Positions 9,848-20,729 of a DNA stretch of 64,000 nt are shown here, piece by piece. The stretch covers positions 1,088,001-1,152,000 of the forward strand of contig OZ219786.1 in assembly GCA_964291285.2 (NCBI GenBank), written 5' to 3'. This stretch comes from Alphaproteobacteria bacterium (GTDB taxonomy: Bacteria > Pseudomonadota > Alphaproteobacteria > Bin95). Each line of letters opens with the position of its first letter. Within the stretch, counting starts at the first letter, position 1. The notes beneath the pieces were generated by a model. The model did not search any database and had not been told where the DNA came from. It worked only from the letters and a program-made list of their open reading frames with translations. The position numbers were made by a program, and so were the translations under genes.

Positions 9848-10435
9848 ATGACAACCGACGATCCTTCGCGCGAGGAAGACCCGCCTGTCTGGCTGCTGAA
9901 CACCGTTCAGGGCATCGACCACTATGTGGGTCGGGGTTCGGGCGTCCTGTTCTGCTGGCTCATCATTCCGATGGTCGGCGGGCTGACCTATGAGGTGCTC
10001 TCCCGCTACCTGTTCCATGCGCCGACCATCTGGGCCTATGACATCACCTACATGCTCTACGGCTCGCACTTCATGCTGGGCGCAGCCTACTGCCTGCTGA
10101 GAGGCGGGCATATCCGCACCGACATCTTCTACGGCAAGTGGTCCGAGCGCACGAAGGGCCGGGTCGATGCCACGCTCTACCTGCTGCTGTTCTTCCCCGG
10201 CATGTTCTTCTTCCTCGTCCGGGGCTGGAACGAGGCCTACCATGCTTGGGACATCGGCGAGCGTTCCGACCTCACGCCCTTCCAGCCGATCATGTGGCCG
10301 TTCAAGGCGGTCATTCCGATCACCGCCGCCCTGCTCCTGATCCAGGGCGTCTCCGAGTTCCTCAAGGCCTTCTGGGCCGCGCGCACGGGCAGGGAACTCT
10401 TCCCGAAAACCGATACACCGGCGGAAATGCTGTGA
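9848..10435 (+). CDS. dctQ: TRAP small permease
   Basis: YEVLSRYLF.APTIWA, GGHIRTD; four TM segments. Confidence 0.85.
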   Translation: MTTDDPSREEDPPVWLLNTVQGIDHYVGRGSGVLFCWLIIPMVGGLTYEVLSRYLFHAPTIWAYDITYMLYGSHFMLGAAYCLLRGGHIRTDIFYGKWSERTKGRVDATLYLLLFFPGMFFFLVRGWNEAYHAWDIGERSDLTPFQPIMWPFKAVIPITAALLLIQGVSEFLKAFWAARTGRELFPKTDTPAEML

Positions 10436-11802
10436 GCGGCGAAATCCTCGGACTCGTCCTGCTGTTCGCGCTGCTGACAGGCATCTTCGTCGGCTTCCCG
10501 ATCGCCTTCACCCTCATCATCCTCGGCATCGTCTTCGGCTGGATCGGGTTCGGCGAAACCGTCTTCTTCCAGATGGTCTTCCAGACCATCGGCATGATGA
10601 AGGAAGAAGTGCTCGCAGCGGTCCCGCTGTTCATCTTCATGGGCCACGTGCTGGAGCGCGCCGGCCTGATGGAGCGATTATTCACCTCCTTCCAGTCGAT
10701 CATGGGAGGGCTCAGGGGCTCGCTCTATCTGGGCGTGCTGTTCACGGCAACGATCTTCGCCACTGCCACCGGCATCATCGGCGCCTCGGTCACGGTCATG
10801 GGCCTGCTCGCCGCGCCGGCCATGACCCGGAGCGGCTATGACGAGCGCCTCTCCGCGGGCGTCATCACCGCTGGCGGCTGCCTCGGCATCCTGATCCCGC
10901 CGAGCGTGCTGCTGGTGGTGCTGGGGCCGGTGCTTGGCGTATCGGTCATCCACCTGTTCGCCGCGGCGATCATCCCCGGCATCATCCTGTCCGGCCTCTA
11001 CATCTCCTACACGATCGTGCGCTGCCTCATCAATCCGGAACTGGGGCCGCCGATCCCGCCGGAACAGCGGCTGTCCTCGGGCTGGGAAATCCTCAAGGAG
11101 TTCATCTCCGGCGTGGTGCCGATGGCGGTCATCATCTTCGCCGCGCTCGGCAGCATCATCATCGGCCTCGCCACGCCGACCGAAGCCGCGGCCATGGCGG
11201 CCGTGGGTTCGCTGGCGCTGGCGCTCGGCTACCGCCGGCTGAACTGGACGATGCTGAAGGAGGCCGCGCTCAACACGCTGGAGACATCCAGCCTGGTGCT
11301 GTTCCTCGCAGTCGCGTCGAACGTGTACGGCTCGGTCTTCACGCGGCTCGGCACCGGGACGATGCTCGCCAACTGGCTGCTCGAAATCCCGATGCCGCCG
11401 CTGGCGATGCTGGCCCTGCTGATGGTGGTGCTGTTCCTGCTCGGATGGCCTCTGGAATGGCCGGCGATCGTGTTCATCTTCGTGCCGATCTTCCTGCCGG
11501 TCATCATATCGCTTGGTTCCGACCTTCCAGCGCTCGGCATTGACGAGTCCTGGGCCGACAAGATGCGGGTGCCGCATCTGGTCTGGTTCGGAACACTCCT
11601 TGCAGTCAATTTACAGACGGCGTTCCTGTCGCCACCGGTGGCCATGGCCGCCTACTACCTGAAGTCGGTGGCGCCTCAATGGGACCTGTTGAAGATCTAT
11701 GGCGGCATGTTCGACTTCATGATGCTGCAATGCGTTGGCCTCGCCATCGTGTTCTTCATCCCCGAAGTCGCGCTCTGGCTGCCATCGGTGCTGTTCAAGT
11801 AG
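10432..11802 (+). CDS. dctM: TRAP large permease
   Basis: AVPLFIFMG, GILIPPS, ATPTEAAA; GTG start overlaps dctQ stop. Confidence 0.85.
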   Translation: MSGEILGLVLLFALLTGIFVGFPIAFTLIILGIVFGWIGFGETVFFQMVFQTIGMMKEEVLAAVPLFIFMGHVLERAGLMERLFTSFQSIMGGLRGSLYLGVLFTATIFATATGIIGASVTVMGLLAAPAMTRSGYDERLSAGVITAGGCLGILIPPSVLLVVLGPVLGVSVIHLFAAAIIPGIILSGLYISYTIVRCLINPELGPPIPPEQRLSSGWEILKEFISGVVPMAVIIFAALGSIIIGLATPTEAAAMAAVGSLALALGYRRLNWTMLKEAALNTLETSSLVLFLAVASNVYGSVFTRLGTGTMLANWLLEIPMPPLAMLALLMVVLFLLGWPLEWPAIVFIFVPIFLPVIISLGSDLPALGIDESWADKMRVPHLVWFGTLLAVNLQTAFLSPPVAMAAYYLKSVAPQWDLLKIYGGMFDFMMLQCVGLAIVFFIPEVALWLPSVLFK

Positions 11803-11890
11803 CGCCCTGAACTTCCATAACCGGCAATCGCGAAACGCCGGCGCCGTCCTCGCGGGCGGCGCCGGCGCCGTCTTTCGGAGGAGTGAACCC

Positions 11891-13018
11891 GTGCTGCTTG
11901 ACGGGATAAAGGTTATCGAAGCGGCGACGTTCATCGCCGGTCCGGCGGCCGCGATGATTCTGGGCGAGTTCGGCGCGGACGTGGTGAAGATCGAACCGCC
12001 CGACGGGGACCCGTTCCGCCATTCGGTGGGCGCGCCCGGCAATCCGCCGACCGCCTTCAACTACCCCTTCAACATGGACAACCGGCACAAGCGGAGCATT
12101 GTGCTGGACCTGAAGCAGAAGGATGACCGCGAGCGGCTTTATGCGATGGTGCGCGAGGCCGATGTCTTCATCACCAACGCGCCGCTCGGCACGCGCGCGC
12201 GGCTCGGCATCCGCGACGGAGACCTCATGTCGCTGAACGAGCGGCTGATCTACGCTTCCGTCACCGCCTATGGCGAAACCGGCCCCGAGGCGGCGCGGAC
12301 CGGCTTCGACTCGACGGCGCTCTGGGCGCGAAGCGGCCTGATGGACATGGTGCGCCCCGCACCGGACTCACCACCCGCCCGCTCGCTCCCCGGCATGGGC
12401 GACCATCCGACCGCGATGACGCTGTTCGCCGCCGTGATGATGGCGCTCTACCGCCGCGAGCGCACGGGCAGAGGCGGCGCCGTCTCCACCAACCTCATGG
12501 CGAACGGCCTCTGGTGGAACGCTTTCCAGACCAGCGCCATGCTCTGCGGCGCCGAGCACAAGCGCCGCCCGGCCCGCGAGGACGCCGCCAACGCGCTCCA
12601 CAACCTCTACCGGTGCCGCGACGGCCGCTGGTTCCATCTCGTACTGCTGCCGGAGGACCGCAACTGGCCTAAGCTGGTGGCGGCACTGGAGAGACCGGAA
12701 TGGCTGGACGACCCGCGCTACCGGGACCGGCCGGCGCGGGTCGCCAACCGGCATGCGCTCATTGCCGATCTCGATGCCGTCTTCGCCGCCCGCGACTGGC
12801 CGGAATGGCGCGAAATCCTCATCCGCCATGCCGTCAGCTTCGGCGAGATCGGCACGCTCGCGGACATTCCGAACGACGTGCAGATGCGCGAAAGCGGCGC
12901 CCTCATCCCCTGCGACGACCCGGAGGCGGGCGCTTCGCTGGCGCTGGCCGTGCCGCTGTTCCTGAAGGGCGAGGAACGGCGCAGGCCGAAGGCAGGTCCC
13001 GCACTCGGCAGCGGCTGA
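11891..13018 (+). CDS. CoA-transferase family III (CaiB/BaiF)
   Basis: IAGPAA..LGEFGADVVKIEPPDGD, NRHKRSIVLDLK. Confidence 0.9.
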   Translation: MLLDGIKVIEAATFIAGPAAAMILGEFGADVVKIEPPDGDPFRHSVGAPGNPPTAFNYPFNMDNRHKRSIVLDLKQKDDRERLYAMVREADVFITNAPLGTRARLGIRDGDLMSLNERLIYASVTAYGETGPEAARTGFDSTALWARSGLMDMVRPAPDSPPARSLPGMGDHPTAMTLFAAVMMALYRRERTGRGGAVSTNLMANGLWWNAFQTSAMLCGAEHKRRPAREDAANALHNLYRCRDGRWFHLVLLPEDRNWPKLVAALERPEWLDDPRYRDRPARVANRHALIADLDAVFAARDWPEWREILIRHAVSFGEIGTLADIPNDVQMRESGALIPCDDPEAGASLALAVPLFLKGEERRRPKAGPALGSG

Positions 13019-13039
13019 GAGCCCGCGCGACCGCCGCCT

Positions 13040-13483
13040 TCAGACGATAGTCCGGTCGCCGAGCCGGCGGACGGCCCCGGAGAACACGGCCACGGTCTCG
13101 CCATCCTTCTCGCGCACCTCGACCGCATACATGCCGGTGCGTCCCGCATCCGCCTGTTCCCGCGCCTCGGCCAGCAGGAGGCGGCCCGGCCGGCCCGGAC
13201 GCAGGAAGGTGATCGAGCAGAACTGCGCGACCGAGACCCGGTTGCGGCTGTTGCTCGCGAAGGCCATGGCGGAATCGGCGAGGGAGAAGATATAGCCCCC
13301 GTGACAGACCCGGTGGCCGTTCAGCATCTCCTCGGTCACCGGCATCGACATGCGCGCCCAGCCGGCGCCGACGGCCTCCAGGCGGATGCCGAGATTCCGC
13401 GACGCATCGTCCTCCGCATACATGGCGTCGGCGACGCGCCGGGCCAGTGCATCGGCAGCCCCCGTCGTCCGCCCCGCGTCCAT
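13040..13483 (-). CDS. paaI: Hotdog-fold thioesterase, PaaI-like
   Basis: MLNGHRVCHGGYIFSLADSAMAFASNS. Confidence 0.85.
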   Translation of the reverse strand: MDAGRTTGAADALARRVADAMYAEDDASRNLGIRLEAVGAGWARMSMPVTEEMLNGHRVCHGGYIFSLADSAMAFASNSRNRVSVAQFCSITFLRPGRPGRLLLAEAREQADAGRTGMYAVEVREKDGETVAVFSGAVRRLGDRTIV

Positions 13484-14685
13484 CAGTGCGCGGCCTCGAA
13501 TTCGTGGATGTAGTCCCGCGTTTCCGGCACCGCGTCCGGGTCCTTCGCAAGCTGGATCTGGAACACGGTCACGATGTTGTTGAGGAACCCGACCTCGCAT
13601 GAGGTGAGGTAGAACTCCCACATCCGGCAGAACCGTTCGTCATACATCTCCCGCGCCCGGTCCCAGTTCGAAACGAAACGGGTCCGCCACGCCCTCAGCG
13701 TCTTCGCATAGTGGCGCTTCAGAACCTCTATGTCCGTCACAAGCAGGTGCTGCTCCTCTATCGCCGGCGTCAGCTCCGAAAGCGTCGGCAGATAGCCCCC
13801 CGGGAAGATATAGCGGGTGATCCACGGGTTGACCGGACCAGGCGTGTCATAGCGGCCGATGGTGTGCACAACCGCAACGCCGTCATCCGTCAGCAGCTCC
13901 CGGAGCTTCCCGAAAAACTCCCGGTAGTGCGCCAGACCCACATGCTCCAGCATCCCCACCGAAACGATCCGCTCATAGCGGCCCGCCTCCTCCCGGTAGT
14001 CCTGGAGCCTGAAACGCACACGCTCCGACAGGCCCGCTTCCGCCGCGCGCGCATTCGACAACTCATGCTGCTCGTGGCTCAAGGTCACGCCCGTCACATC
14101 CACATCCGCCTGCTCCGCCAGGTAGAGCCCGAGCCCGCCCCAGCCCGAGCCGATGTCCAGAACACGGTCCCCCGAACGCAAAAGCAGCTTCGCCGCCAGA
14201 TGCGTCTTCTTCCGCCGCTGCGCCGTCTCGATATCGTCATTGTCCGACGCGAAATAGGCGCAGGAATACTGACGGTCGCTGTCCAGGAACAGGTCGAAAA
14301 GCTCCGGCTTCAGGTCGTAGTGGTGCGAGACCTTGCGCCGCGCCGACCCAACCGGATTGTGCGTACGAAGACGCCCCGCTGCCTTCCGCACGAAGTCCAG
14401 AAAACGCGAATCGCTCTTGAGCCTCGCGCGGCGCTGATTGACGAGGGCGATGGTGAGGAAGTCGAACAGCGTGCCGTCCTCGACCGTCAGCCGCCCGTCC
14501 ATATAGGCCTCGCCCACCGCAAGCGCCGGGTTGCGGAACATGGCGCGCGAAACCGAGGAGTCGTGCAGGCGGACAGCGGCCGACGGACCGCCCGCGCCTT
14601 CCAGCCTGTGTCTGCCCCCTTTCGGGTCGATAACGGTCAAAGTGCCGATTTCGACGAAACGGCGCAGAAACGGCAGATACAGCAT
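13483..14685 (-). CDS. cfa: Cyclopropane-fatty-acyl-phospholipid synthase family methyltransferase, copy 1
   Basis: HYDL, YSCAYF, LDIGSGWGG, IVSVGMLEHVG, YIFPGG. Confidence 0.85.
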   Translation of the reverse strand: MLYLPFLRRFVEIGTLTVIDPKGGRHRLEGAGGPSAAVRLHDSSVSRAMFRNPALAVGEAYMDGRLTVEDGTLFDFLTIALVNQRRARLKSDSRFLDFVRKAAGRLRTHNPVGSARRKVSHHYDLKPELFDLFLDSDRQYSCAYFASDNDDIETAQRRKKTHLAAKLLLRSGDRVLDIGSGWGGLGLYLAEQADVDVTGVTLSHEQHELSNARAAEAGLSERVRFRLQDYREEAGRYERIVSVGMLEHVGLAHYREFFGKLRELLTDDGVAVVHTIGRYDTPGPVNPWITRYIFPGGYLPTLSELTPAIEEQHLLVTDIEVLKRHYAKTLRAWRTRFVSNWDRAREMYDERFCRMWEFYLTSCEVGFLNNIVTVFQIQLAKDPDAVPETRDYIHEFEAAH

Positions 14686-14735
14686 GGCCGCGCCCTCCCC
14701 GGCTTTCCGGCCGCGTCACGCCTGCCGGGCGCCGG

Positions 14736-15938
14736 TCAATGCGCGGCCTCGAATTCGTGGATGTAGTCCCGCGTCTCCGGAACGGCGTCCGGGTCCTTCG
14801 CAAGCTGGATCTGGAACACGTTGAGCTCCTTCGACAGGAAGCCGACCTCGCAGGCGGTGAGGTAGAACTCCCACATCCGGCAGAACCGCTCGTCATACAT
14901 CTCCCGCGCCCGGTCCCAGTTCGAAACGAAACGGGTCCGCCACGCCCTCAGCGTCTTCGCATAGTGGCGCTTCAGAACCTCTATGTCCGTCACAAGCAGG
15001 TGTTGCTCCTCTATCGCCGGCGTCAGCTCCGAAAGCGTCGGCACATAGGTGCCGGGAAAGATGTAGCGCAATATCCACGGGTTGACCGGGCCGGGCGTGT
15101 CATAGCGGCCGATGGTGTGCACAACCGCAACGCCGTCATCCGTCAGCAGCTCCCGGAGCTTCCCGAAAAACTCCCGGTAGTGCCCCAGGCCCACATGCTC
15201 CAGCATCCCCACCGAAACGATCCGCTCATAGCGGCCCGCCTCCTCCCGGTAGTCCTGGAGCCTGAAACGCACACGCTCCGACAGGCCCGCTTCCGCCGCG
15301 CGCGCATTCGACAGCTCATGCTGCTCGTGGCTGAGCGTCACCCCCGTCACGTCCACATCCGCCTGCTCCGCCAGGTAGAGCCCGAGCCCGCCCCAGCCGG
15401 AGCCGATGTCCAGAACACGGTCCCCGGGGCGCAGCAGAAGCTTCGCCGCCAGATGCGCCTTCTTCCGCCGCTGCGCCGTCTCGATATCGTCATTGTCCGA
15501 CGCGAAATAGGCGCAACTGTATTGCCGGTCGCTGTCCAAGAACAGGTCGAACAGCTCCGGCTTCAGGTCGTAGTGGTGCGAGACCTTGCGCCGCGCCGCG
15601 CCCACCGGGTTGTGCGTGCGAAACCGGTTTACGGCCTTCCGGGCGAGGTCCGCAGGTCCCTTGGTGCGCCCGAGATGCGCCTCGCGCCGGTTCACCACCA
15701 GAATGGTCAGGAAATCGAACAGCGTGCCGTCCTCGACCGTCAGCCGCCCGTCCACATAGGCTTCGCCCACCGCAAGCGCCGGGTTGCGGACGAGTGCCCG
15801 GCTCACCGAGGAATCGTGCAGGCGGACGGTAGCCGAGGGCCCGCCCGCGCCCTCGACGCTATGCGTGCTTCCGCGCGGGTCGATTACGGTCAGCCGACCG
15901 AATTGGACGAGCCGGCGCAGAAACGGCACGAACAGCAT
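14736..15938 (-). CDS. cfa: Cyclopropane-fatty-acyl-phospholipid synthase family methyltransferase, copy 2
   Basis: Same motifs and same length (400 aa) as copy 1. Confidence 0.85.
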   Translation of the reverse strand: MLFVPFLRRLVQFGRLTVIDPRGSTHSVEGAGGPSATVRLHDSSVSRALVRNPALAVGEAYVDGRLTVEDGTLFDFLTILVVNRREAHLGRTKGPADLARKAVNRFRTHNPVGAARRKVSHHYDLKPELFDLFLDSDRQYSCAYFASDNDDIETAQRRKKAHLAAKLLLRPGDRVLDIGSGWGGLGLYLAEQADVDVTGVTLSHEQHELSNARAAEAGLSERVRFRLQDYREEAGRYERIVSVGMLEHVGLGHYREFFGKLRELLTDDGVAVVHTIGRYDTPGPVNPWILRYIFPGTYVPTLSELTPAIEEQHLLVTDIEVLKRHYAKTLRAWRTRFVSNWDRAREMYDERFCRMWEFYLTACEVGFLSKELNVFQIQLAKDPDAVPETRDYIHEFEAAH

Positions 15939-15989
15939 CGGTCCTGCTCTCTCCCTTCCCCACGCCTGCCGCCGGCGGGAAGCGGAAGG

Positions 15990-16604
15990 CTAGCTCTCCT
16001 CGGCCGGTTCCTCTTCCGGCGCGGCCTCGCCGCCTTCGGCGCCACCGCCCTCGGGAACGCCGTCGTCGAAGAACTCGGACAGCCCGCCCTCGAAACGATA
16101 GGCGTCCTCGTCGTCCACCGCCAGCACATCCTCGCCGCGCGCCTGCGCTTCCGCCTCGTCGAGCGTGCGGGCGACATTGGCGGTAATCGGCACCTGGACC
16201 TCGGGGTGCAGCTGCACCGTGATGTCGTGCAGGCCGAGCGACTTGATCGGCTGCGGCAGGCGGAGCTGCCGACGGTCGATCTCGACGCCAATCTCGCTTG
16301 CGGCCTCCGCGATGTCCCGCACCGTGACCGAGCCGTAGAGATGGCCCGTGTCGCCGGCGCGGCGGATCAGCGTGACGCTGAAGCCTTCCAGCTTCCCGGC
16401 GACCGCTTCGGCCTCGCCCTTGCGCTCCAGGTTGCGCGCTTCGAGCTCTGCGCGGCGCGCTTCGAAAACGGCCATGTTCTCCGGCGTTGCGCGCAGCGCC
16501 TTCTTCTGCGGCAGCAGGTAGTTACGCGCATAGCCCGGCTTGACCGTGACGATATCGCCCATCAGCCCCAGGCTCTCGACCCGTTCCAGAAGGACCAGCT
16601 CCAT
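15990..16604 (-). CDS. rplI: 50S ribosomal protein L9
   Basis: [29 protein letters not shown]. Confidence 0.97.
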   Translation of the reverse strand: MELVLLERVESLGLMGDIVTVKPGYARNYLLPQKKALRATPENMAVFEARRAELEARNLERKGEAEAVAGKLEGFSVTLIRRAGDTGHLYGSVTVRDIAEAASEIGVEIDRRQLRLPQPIKSLGLHDITVQLHPEVQVPITANVARTLDEAEAQARGEDVLAVDDEDAYRFEGGLSEFFDDGVPEGGGAEGGEAAPEEEPAEES

Positions 16605-16606
16605 TA

Positions 16607-17545
16607 CTAATTCTCCTTCGGACCGCCCCCGAGACGGGCGCGCAAACCGACATAAGGCTCCGCAAGGCCCAGCGCCGCGACCAGCACGAACGGCCAGGCC
16701 ATCAGGAGCCCCAGCAGATAGAAACCGACCAGCCAGACCGTCCGTCCCGGCAGCCGGGCGACCGCGGCATGGACGACGGCAAGCCCCTGCAGCAGGAACG
16801 GAACGGCGAAGACGATGGCCAGATTCCGGCCGATATACTCCAGCGCCCCGCCGGCGGCAATCCCGGCGAGGCAGGAAAGGCCGAGCGCATACAGCGGCCA
16901 TGCCGGAAGCGTCAGGCTTCGCCATACCGGCGACGGCCGCCGCGCGATGGAGAGACGGGCGGCGATGGCCTGGGCAAGCACGCCGTCGAGGGCAAGCGTC
17001 AGGAAGAGCAGCGCGGCGGCGATGCCCGGCAGGAAATTGGCGGCGCGTTCCGCAAGGCCCTGCTCCCTGGCGCGTTCGGCGACTTCCGGCGGCAGGCCGG
17101 CGTCCAGAACCGCCTCGATCGTCTGCTGGACCTCCAGGCGCGGATCGATGCCCTGCAGAAGGGCGACCGTGAACATGGCCGCAAGCGCGGCAGCCGCCAT
17201 GGCCGTCAGCACGGCGACGAGCTGGCCCGGCGGATACCATTCGACGCCTCCCTGCCCGTCGGCGCGGCTCAGCAGGGCCTGCCGGCAGAGCACCGCGACC
17301 GGAAGCCCGACTATGAGCGCGAAATAGCCCGCGGTGAAAAACCCGATGATTCCAGCGACCGTTGCCGCGCCGATGAGCGCCGCCGCAGCCGCCGGCAGCC
17401 AGCCGAGGGAAAGCCCGACCAGGAACAACGGCGCCGCGGCGAAATAGGCCAGCAGCGCCGCACCCAGAGAGCCTGTGACGATGGAGCCGAAGAGCGCGCC
17501 GGCGGCGAGCCCGCCAACGACCAAGAGGATGAGATCCTTCCCCAT
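16607..17545 (-). CDS. DUF2232/YybS-like membrane protein
   Basis: Multi-TM, EWYPPG motif, conserved position between rpsR and rplI. Confidence 0.75.
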   Translation of the reverse strand: MGKDLILLVVGGLAAGALFGSIVTGSLGAALLAYFAAAPLFLVGLSLGWLPAAAAALIGAATVAGIIGFFTAGYFALIVGLPVAVLCRQALLSRADGQGGVEWYPPGQLVAVLTAMAAAALAAMFTVALLQGIDPRLEVQQTIEAVLDAGLPPEVAERAREQGLAERAANFLPGIAAALLFLTLALDGVLAQAIAARLSIARRPSPVWRSLTLPAWPLYALGLSCLAGIAAGGALEYIGRNLAIVFAVPFLLQGLAVVHAAVARLPGRTVWLVGFYLLGLLMAWPFVLVAALGLAEPYVGLRARLGGGPKEN

Positions 17546-17573
17546 CCCACCCGCGCGGGCAGCGGTCCTGGGC

Positions 17574-17810
17574 CTACTTCACGACGTAGGGCAACAGCGC
17601 CATGTAGCGCGCACGCTTGATCGCCTGCGCGAGTTCGCGCTGTTTTTTGGCCGAAACGGCGGTGATCCGGCTCGGCACGATCTTGCCGCGTTCCGACAGG
17701 AACCGCTGCATGAGCTTCACGTCCTTGTAGTCGATCTCGGGCGCGTTGGGCCCGGAGAAGGGACAGCTCTTGCGGCGGCGGAAAAACGGGCGGCGCGGCG
17801 CAGCGTTCAT
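17574..17810 (-). CDS. rpsR: 30S ribosomal protein S18
   Basis: [15 protein letters not shown]...[12 protein letters not shown]. Confidence 0.97.
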   Translation of the reverse strand: MNAAPRRPFFRRRKSCPFSGPNAPEIDYKDVKLMQRFLSERGKIVPSRITAVSAKKQRELAQAIKRARYMALLPYVVK

Positions 17811-18274
17811 TGTGCGGCCTCCGGTGCGGCGGCGGCCTGCCGGTCGGCGCCCTCGTCTTTCGTCTCTGCGGCATTCCGCGTCTCTGCGCCGTCCCGCGCC
17901 TCGGCGGCATCCCGGCGCGGGCGCGCATCGCGCCGCCCGCGGTCGTCCCGCGGGCGCGCCTGCAGCATCACCGACGGCCGTTCGTCCACGGCCTCGATCC
18001 GCAGGGTGAGGTAGCGCAGCACGTCTTCCGACAGGCGCATCCGCCGTTCGAGTTCGGCAATCGCATCGCCGGACGCATCGAAATTGAAGAGGACATAATG
18101 GCCCTTGCGGTTCTTCTTGATGCGGTAGGCGAGGGTCTTGAGTCCCCAATGTTCGCGCTTCTCGACCTTGCCGCCGAGCGACTCCATCAGGGCCCCATAG
18201 TCATCCGCCAGGGTCTCGACCTGCGCGGGCGACATGTCCTGGCGCGCGATAAAGACATTCTCGTAAAGAGCCAT
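17807..18274 (-). CDS. rpsF: 30S ribosomal protein S6
   Basis: [13 protein letters not shown]...[20 protein letters not shown]. Confidence 0.97.
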   Translation of the reverse strand: MALYENVFIARQDMSPAQVETLADDYGALMESLGGKVEKREHWGLKTLAYRIKKNRKGHYVLFNFDASGDAIAELERRMRLSEDVLRYLTLRIEAVDERPSVMLQARPRDDRGRRDARPRRDAAEARDGAETRNAAETKDEGADRQAAAAPEAAQ

Positions 18275-18420
18275 TGCCTGTGCGTTTCGTCCTGCAAGTT
18301 GCACTGGGAGCGCGGTTATACACGAACCCGCAACGCGCGCAAGCTGCCGGAATGCGCCCTTGACAGCCCCCTCCGCCGCGCCTTGATTGCTCCCGCGCGA
18401 CGAGGCATCGGGAGGGGTCC

Positions 18421-19362
18421 GTGGCACGAGCTTTCGTCTTTCCGGGACAGGGATCGCAGGCGGTCGGAATGGGCAGCGCGCTGGCGGAAGCCTCGGCGGC
18501 CGCGCGCGAGGTCTTCGAGGAGGTGGACGACGCCCTCGGGCAGAGCCTCTCGCGGCTGATGTTCGAAGGCCCAGGCGACGAACTCACCCTGACCGAGAAC
18601 GCGCAGCCGGCGCTGATGGCGCACAGCATGGCGGTCATGCGCGTGCTGGAGCGCGAGGGCGGCGTTTCGCTGCCCTCCGCCTGCCTGTATCTGGCGGGGC
18701 ACTCGCTCGGCGAATACTCCGCCCTGACCGCGGCGGGCAGCTTCCGGCTCGCCGACACCGCCCGGCTTCTGAAGCTGCGCGGACAGGCGATGCAGGGCGC
18801 CGTGCCCGTAGGCGCCGGCGCGATGGCGGCGCTGCTCGGCCTCGATTTCGAGCAGGCGGCGGCGGTCGCGCGCGATGCGGCGGAAGGCGAGGTCTGCGAC
18901 CCGGCAAACGACAACGCCCACGGCCAGGTCGTGGTGAGCGGCGACCGCGCCGCTGTCGAACGCGCGGTGGAGCTGGCGAAGGCACGGGGCGCGCGCCGGG
19001 CGATCCTGCTCGATGTGAGCGCCCCCTTCCACTGCTCGCTGCTGCAGCCCGCCGCCGACGCCATGGCGGAAGCGTTCGATTCCGTCGATATGCAGGACCC
19101 CTCGGTGCCGCTGGTCGCCAATGTCACGGCGCAGCCGGTGGAAAGCGCCGCCGACCTGCCGGACCTGCTGGTGCGCCAGGTGACGGCGACGGTCCGCTGG
19201 CGGGAGAGCATGATGTTCATGCGCGACAACGACGTGGACCGCGTGGTCGAGCTCGGCACCGGCAAGGTGCTCTCGGGACTGGTCAGGCGGATCGACCGGG
19301 AGATGTCCGGTGTCGCGGTCGAAGGCCCGGACGATATCGAGGCGCTGTTGAAGGAGCTTTGA
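18421..19362 (+). CDS. fabD: Malonyl-CoA:ACP transacylase
   Basis: FPGQGSQ, GHSLGEY, VSAPFH. Confidence 0.95.
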   Translation: MARAFVFPGQGSQAVGMGSALAEASAAAREVFEEVDDALGQSLSRLMFEGPGDELTLTENAQPALMAHSMAVMRVLEREGGVSLPSACLYLAGHSLGEYSALTAAGSFRLADTARLLKLRGQAMQGAVPVGAGAMAALLGLDFEQAAAVARDAAEGEVCDPANDNAHGQVVVSGDRAAVERAVELAKARGARRAILLDVSAPFHCSLLQPAADAMAEAFDSVDMQDPSVPLVANVTAQPVESAADLPDLLVRQVTATVRWRESMMFMRDNDVDRVVELGTGKVLSGLVRRIDREMSGVAVEGPDDIEALLKEL

Positions 19363-19367
19363 CGGCC

Positions 19368-20234
19368 ATGCTGACACTCAGGCCCGCCGAAAACGGCTTC
19401 GCGAGGATCGTGGAAGGCGTTGCGCTGCATGAGCAGCCGGACGACGAAATGCGCGAGGCGCTCGATACGGCGCTTGCCGAGCACGGCGTGCTGGTGTTCC
19501 GCCGGCAGGCGCTCTCCGAGGCCGAGCTTGTGGAGGCTGCCTCCTGGTTCGGGGCACCGGAGCTGATCGTGCGGGAGGACTGGGCTTCGAAATACCAGCC
19601 GGAGATCACCTACATCTCCAACATGCGCAATCCGGACGGGGACACGATCGGCGGCATCGGCCAGGGCGAGCTCGCCTGGCATACGGACCAGTCCTACATG
19701 GCCAACCCGGCCACGGGGTCCCTGCTCTACTGCGTCGAGACGCCGGCCGGCGGGGCGCCCACGAGCTGGGCCAATCTGGAAGCCGCCTGGGATGCGCTGG
19801 ACGGTGAGACCAAGGCCGAAATCGACGGCAGGAGGGGCATTTTCAGCTATGCGGTCCGCGTGGCCGGCTACGGCGAGATCGACAAGATGGCCGAGGACGA
19901 AATCCGCCGGCGCACGCCGGACGTCACCCATCCGCTGGTGCATACCCACCCCGTCACGGGCCGCAAGGCGCTCTATCTCGACCCCGGCACCATGGCCGGC
20001 ATCGACGGCATGGAGCCGGGCGAAGGCCGCGCCCTGCTCGACCGGCTGATCGCGCATGCGACCGGGCCCCGCTTCGTCTACCGGCACGACTGGCAGGTCG
20101 GCGACACCGTGCTCTGGGACAACGGCTTCCTGCTCCACCGGCGCGACGATTTCGACCCGGCGGAGAACCGCTGGCTGAAGCGCGCCACCTTCCGGCCCTC
20201 GCCCGCCCGGCACATCGTGCCCGGACACGCCTGA
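19368..20234 (+). CDS. TauD/TfdA-family Fe(II)/2-oxoglutarate dioxygenase
   Basis: WHTD, HPLVHTHP, WDNGFLLHRR; not in ORF track as its own start. Confidence 0.85.
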   Translation: MLTLRPAENGFARIVEGVALHEQPDDEMREALDTALAEHGVLVFRRQALSEAELVEAASWFGAPELIVREDWASKYQPEITYISNMRNPDGDTIGGIGQGELAWHTDQSYMANPATGSLLYCVETPAGGAPTSWANLEAAWDALDGETKAEIDGRRGIFSYAVRVAGYGEIDKMAEDEIRRRTPDVTHPLVHTHPVTGRKALYLDPGTMAGIDGMEPGEGRALLDRLIAHATGPRFVYRHDWQVGDTVLWDNGFLLHRRDDFDPAENRWLKRATFRPSPARHIVPGHA

Positions 20235-20248
20235 GGCCCGGCGCCGCC

Positions 20249-20578
20249 ATGGCGCTGACGCCCCGCGTCTATATCCAGGCCTGCATCCGCGCGGCATCGG
20301 TCCGGGGCTGCGCCGCCCAGGTGACGCGGCGCGGCTTCGACGGGGCGGGCGCGGTGCTGCTGAAGCTCAACCGCCTCGACGGCACGGCGCAACTGCTGCG
20401 CCCGGCCTGGACCGACGGCGACCGCCGCCGCTGGCTCGCCCGCCCGCCGGGCCCCGAAGCCGAAGCCGACGAGGAAATCGCCCGCGAGGCCGCCCGCGAC
20501 CCGGACCTCTGGGTGCTCGAAATCGAGGACCGCGAAGGCCGCCACCCGCTCGACGAGCCGGTGGAGCTTCTGAGCTAG
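20249..20578 (+). CDS. DUF1491-family protein
   Basis: GAVLLKL...DPDLWVLEIEDREGR. Confidence 0.75.
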   Translation: MALTPRVYIQACIRAASVRGCAAQVTRRGFDGAGAVLLKLNRLDGTAQLLRPAWTDGDRRRWLARPPGPEAEADEEIAREAARDPDLWVLEIEDREGRHPLDEPVELLS

Positions 20579-20729
20579 GCGGGTTTCCCCGGCCACCTTC
20601 CGGATTCGCGGATCCGCCAGGGCCGGCTTCGTGTTGCGCGGCACCCTCCCGGTGGAGTGGGCCCCTGGTCTCGGACAGTTTTGTTGTAGGAAATTGACAG
20701 GTGCGCGGTCATTGGAAGGATCGACGCCG

